A DNA stretch of 64,000 nucleotides from Haplodiscus bocki. Lineage: Eukaryota. The notes below the pieces were generated by a model that saw only the letters and a program-made list of their open reading frames with translations, did no database searches and had not been told where the DNA came from. Position 1 is the stretch's first letter, and each line of letters opens with the position of its first letter. This document shows, one piece after another, positions 59,728 to 64,000 of the stretch. The DNA is taken from the NCBI GenBank assembly GCA_965655095.1, contig OZ296659.1, positions 70,866,001 through 70,930,000 on the forward strand, read 5' to 3'. Position numbers and translations under genes: made by a program.

Positions 59728-62700
59728 GTAAGTTATTAATCCAGCGTGTTGAAAAATGAAACAGAAGACGTTAACACCACACATTTGGCAAAACAGCAAA
59801 AACAGAAAAACCATTTGCAAGATTTTAAACGCTAGTGCATCTTCTATATCTGGTACTAAATATCCTTGAATGTCACTAGGAATACCCCAGTTTGTGTGGA
59901 AAAAGGAGCAAAGGGTATCTTTTGATGAAGGAATCACTGGTGAAGAAATGTATAGCTCGAGAAGAGGAACAAATTTCAGACTGCTAAGAAAATGTTTGTA
60001 TAGATAATATTTTTCCACTAGTTTCCTGTTGTTGTGTCCAAAGCTGCCCAGCGCAGCTCATTGAGAATTTTTCCAATTTTCTAAAAATTTTCTTTTAAAT
60101 TGTGTCACTTCACGAATTAACAAACGTCTCGAACTTTTTCAAACAAACCGTGACTGAACGTTTATCCAATTGTTATACGAGGTGTTATATTTGTTGCGAC
60201 TAAGGCCATCCTCTTGTCCAAAATTTTTTCAAGAAAAAAGATGGGCAGACGAAAAAAGAAGAAAAAGTAAGTTAACTCGCAGCAAAATAGTGAGGGCAAC
60301 GGCGTTTCGTGGATGCAAAGCAACGGTTAACGGAGTACCTTAGCAACCGTAGCAACATTGCACCGTTAGCCGAACCCAAAAATATACCACTTTCTAGAGT
60401 TTGAAAATTATAATAGAAGTTGAGTTTAGAAAAATTCTTACACTCAATCTTCTTCAACAAAAAGCTTCAGTTCAGCTCACAGAATGATAGCATATAAGCA
60501 ACATAAATAAAGGTCACAGTTTTTCGACTAACAATTGTATTTTACCTGTTTCAAGACGCAAATTCATCAGTGCACTTCGGGTATAGATTTATGAAGCTGT
60601 CTACGGTCAACTGGCAGTTTACCTTACAAACTCGATGACCTCTAATGGCAAAATGCGATAGAGTACTGTCGCGCGGGGTAGTAGATTTTGGTTCAGAATT
60701 ATTGTTGACAACACTTTCTCACTTTCGTGCTGTGCGGTCGTTTTTGATTGAATAAACTCAATCTCAAAGTTGCCTTGCCGGCCCGTGTGAACAAAGTAGA
60801 GCGTGAATTCGCAAGCAAGGACTTAGTGGATGGCTAAAGAAGGTTTTAAGAGTTTGTCAAGAATTTATTCAATACAAGCAGTTATATTATCTACTTTCAA
60901 CAAATTATGTATTCAAAATACCGGGTACAAGGTAAAAATTGGTAGTGGATTTACAGGGGGACGGTACTGGTTTGAACGCTTTAAAGTTAACAGTATAAGC
61001 TAAAATAAGAACGCCAGATGTTTTACCGTTCAACAAGAATTTATTAGCACTCGAAGTTTATGCCAGAACTACCGATAGTATGATTTCAAATTAAAAATCG
61101 AAGATAATATTGTTGCACGCGCTTTTATTGATACGAAAATAAAGTGTGCCAATAAATGCAGCTCCAATATTAATCAAAAGGTAAAAACTTTTCTGACCAT
61201 GTAGGAGCTGAGTTGCTTTTGAGCACCACCTATTTACCGTTTTGTGTTGTTTTGTTTTATGTTGCAATAGGACGGAAAAAATATACATTCGCTTTGTTCC
61301 AGCAGTCTTTTCTATATGTACTTATCAAAGTCAGCTTTCGCCGAAACTAGATAATCCAAGTAACGAATCAACCTAGCGATTTCTCGTAGGCCTACTCATA
61401 GTTGTCAACCCATAGAATCAAATCTAGGGATTTTGTTGACCACTGGCTCAGTCTCAATCAAAGGTTGGGGTCAGTAACTCAGACTCGGCAATCCGCTTCA
61501 TAGCGTAGCAACCGAGCGATTTCTCTTTTTTTCAGGTGAATACAATCGTATAACCAATGAAACTGATTCTGATTGAGGACTGGAATTTTAAGTGATTTTA
61601 TCTAAGACTCAGCATCATTGCACTTTTGGCAGGACAACCGAGCGAGTTTTTTTCTTTTTCGGGAATTTTCTTGATTGCTCTCATTCACAGAATTTTTATT
61701 CAGAACCATCTCCGTTGCACTTTTTCAGAAACTATTTAACAACGGACCCGATCTTAGAAAATCTAAGTTTCATCTAGAGGGTTGTAATCTTCTAGAGTTA
61801 GTTATTTTAGATATTAACGATTTGTTTTAATCAAAATACTTAGTACTGGGTTGTAGTTGGTGAGTCCTTACGATTGCGATTTTCTTTTTATAATTTTGGA
61901 ATTTTCCAAGTTTCTTTGGATAGTTGCTTTTGTCCCAAAATATGAGGAGGTTCCAAAATTGAAACAAAACAAACTCTTTTGCGGAAGTTCCAAAGATTTG
62001 AAGATCTCTAGGTTCTAAGCAAAGAGATAAGAATTTCTAAGTTTTTCTGTTTTCTTTGGTGCTAGTTGACAGTAGGCGAGTTATGATTTCTGCAGTTGAT
62101 GGTTGGCCCCTCAGTTTTTCTGAGTTCTCGTACTTTTCAGGGCTATGACCAAGTGCGGCAAGCCCTACGCCAAAGAGTACCAAATATCGAAAGCTCTGCG
62201 CCAAGGATCACCAAAACTGGTGATCCTGTGAAAAAAGTCAAAACATGAATTTTTAGGAGTTAAGGTGTGCTGTTCGTGAAGCAATTTGATTTAGCTCCGA
62301 AAACGGGGGTGGGGTAGCAAAGAGAAAATCTTCGTTGTTATTCGTACTAAGCATGTCAACTAAATTTGGAAGTTTCAAAATGTGCATTTATAACTTTGTT
62401 ATCGCTTCCCAACAACCATTCCTTCGAACGGTAACTAACTAATATTATCTTCTATTCGACGGAAAGTATCTTTTGATGTTTTCCATTATGTCATTTTCTA
62501 AATTTAGCACTAGCACTGTTTAGCGTCATGTTTAACGCGACATTACCTCTAAAGTTCGGACTACGTTATCACAGTTTAAGGATATTTAGCGTTGTTTTTC
62601 CCAATATATAGGTGACATTACCGCATCATCGTAGCGAAAAACCGCCAATCTTCAATTTTCTCCAAAAATCTGCAACGATAAGGACGCATCAACGAATTTT

Positions 62701-64000
62701 GAAATGATTGCGGTAGTATGGGGTGAAACGAGGTTGATCTTGGAAAAATACCGGCGCCTAAGTGAAAAAGAAACCACATTTTGAAGGACTTTGAATGATT
62801 CATGTGAGAGGTTTCTGATTTTGTTTCGCAGCGTGAACATCGTATATAAATCGGGAAATTTAATCATCAGAAATTGAGAAAGAAACGAATGATTAAAACT
62901 GGTAGAAACTCATTCTTTCGTTCCTTAAATGTTCAGTAATTTTTTTTCTTCTTGAAATTCATTCGGAATTATTATTCCAATCTATATTTTACCACGAGAA
63001 AATGCATTGAGAAGTGTAAGGAAAAAAGGTAAATCAACAGATATATAACAGCTAGGCGACTATGTAACTAATAAGATGTCCAAAACTATGTTAATTATTC
63101 AAAATGTTTTATTGTTTGAACACATGTGAAATTTTTACGAGCAGATTTTTACTTTGAATCAAAAATTAAAACACCCACAAATCATGACATCGTTTTATTT
63201 GTATGTCATGGTTGAGTGTAAAAGTTGGTACAATTAGATTGTATCACATGTGGTTTCATTTTCTTCCAACCATTAAACTTTCAATTCAAATTTAGCAACC
63301 TTCGATTACTATTGACAGAAAAATACGGCCCGCGTGCTACTCGTGTATGGAGATTCATGCAGCAAAAGTCTCAATTCCTGGTATCTGGCAAGAAAATAAT
63401 TTCAATTCCTGAATGAAAATTAGGTCATACAATCAAAACATTTAGCAATTTTATGGTCATAACAATTCTCATAATAACAATGAATTATAGGGGGCCATAA
63501 TGTCAAAATGAAAAACTCTTTCATTTTCTCGGCAAATAACACTTATTGTTCTGAAATTAATACCAATTCCCTGGGAACCGTTGTCATACTCTTAAAAATT
63601 TGCGCCTAAGGAGTACATTAAGGAGAGTCCATCTGATGAATCGTCATCCGGAGCGAAAGTAATACCACCGAAGTCGCAAAGAAGTTTTCAGCTATGATTT
63701 CCCCAAATCTTCCCAAAAACATCTCAAAAAGAATAAAACAAAGAACCTCAGCTTTTTCAACCATTTTCAGAAATCAAGTCTGTTCAATTACTGCATAAAT
63801 TATAAAATACAGTGAGAGATTCTGCACAATAAAAAGTATTCACTATATGCAAAAGGGTACATGGCAGAAGATTTTCCAATGTGAGATAGCTTTATCCTTA
63901 ATTTTTTTACCCATCGTCTTTTGAAAAAAAATTATGAAAATACCTCTTTTTAGTACCTATAAGGAAAAATTCTACCTATCCCGGGTCGAAATAATGGCCG

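Noticed and set aside
62141-62250. Possible further exon after TACTTTTCAG
   Set aside because: It gives an immediate stop in the phase required after 59727 and has no EGF-like content.

Overview
AT-rich eukaryotic (animal-like) genomic DNA made up mostly of nested, decayed mobile elements, plus one spliced host gene. Family assignments come from my manual translation and recalled motifs; no database searches were run. From left to right: (1) a degenerate BEL/Pao LTR-retrotransposon pol on the minus strand (~2.5-6.9 kb). (2) An A-B-A-B-A tandem structure (5585-15660), where A is a BEL RT fragment and B is a Polinton-like fragment carrying a tRNA-like Pol III cassette. (3) A nearly complete but fully pseudogenised Polinton/Maverick (adintovirus-like) gene set on the plus strand: pPolB, rve integrase, RING, protease, minor capsid, packaging ATPase and major capsid. 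It runs into a 200-N gap at 29553-29752. (4) A multi-exon Cys-rich EGF/laminin-EGF-like gene (+, at least 38195-59727). Its introns hold a truncated Ty3/Gypsy element, a 5'-truncated RTE-like LINE and the most striking feature of the window: a 12,545-bp element (38834-51378). This element has Polinton-type ends (5'-AGTAGTAGT...ACTACTACT-3'), a perfect 6-bp TSD (AAAGTA), ~4.2-kb inverted arms with a decayed ~168-bp subterminal array, and no intact ORF. It looks like a recently mobilised, non-autonomous giant fold-back Polinton derivative.
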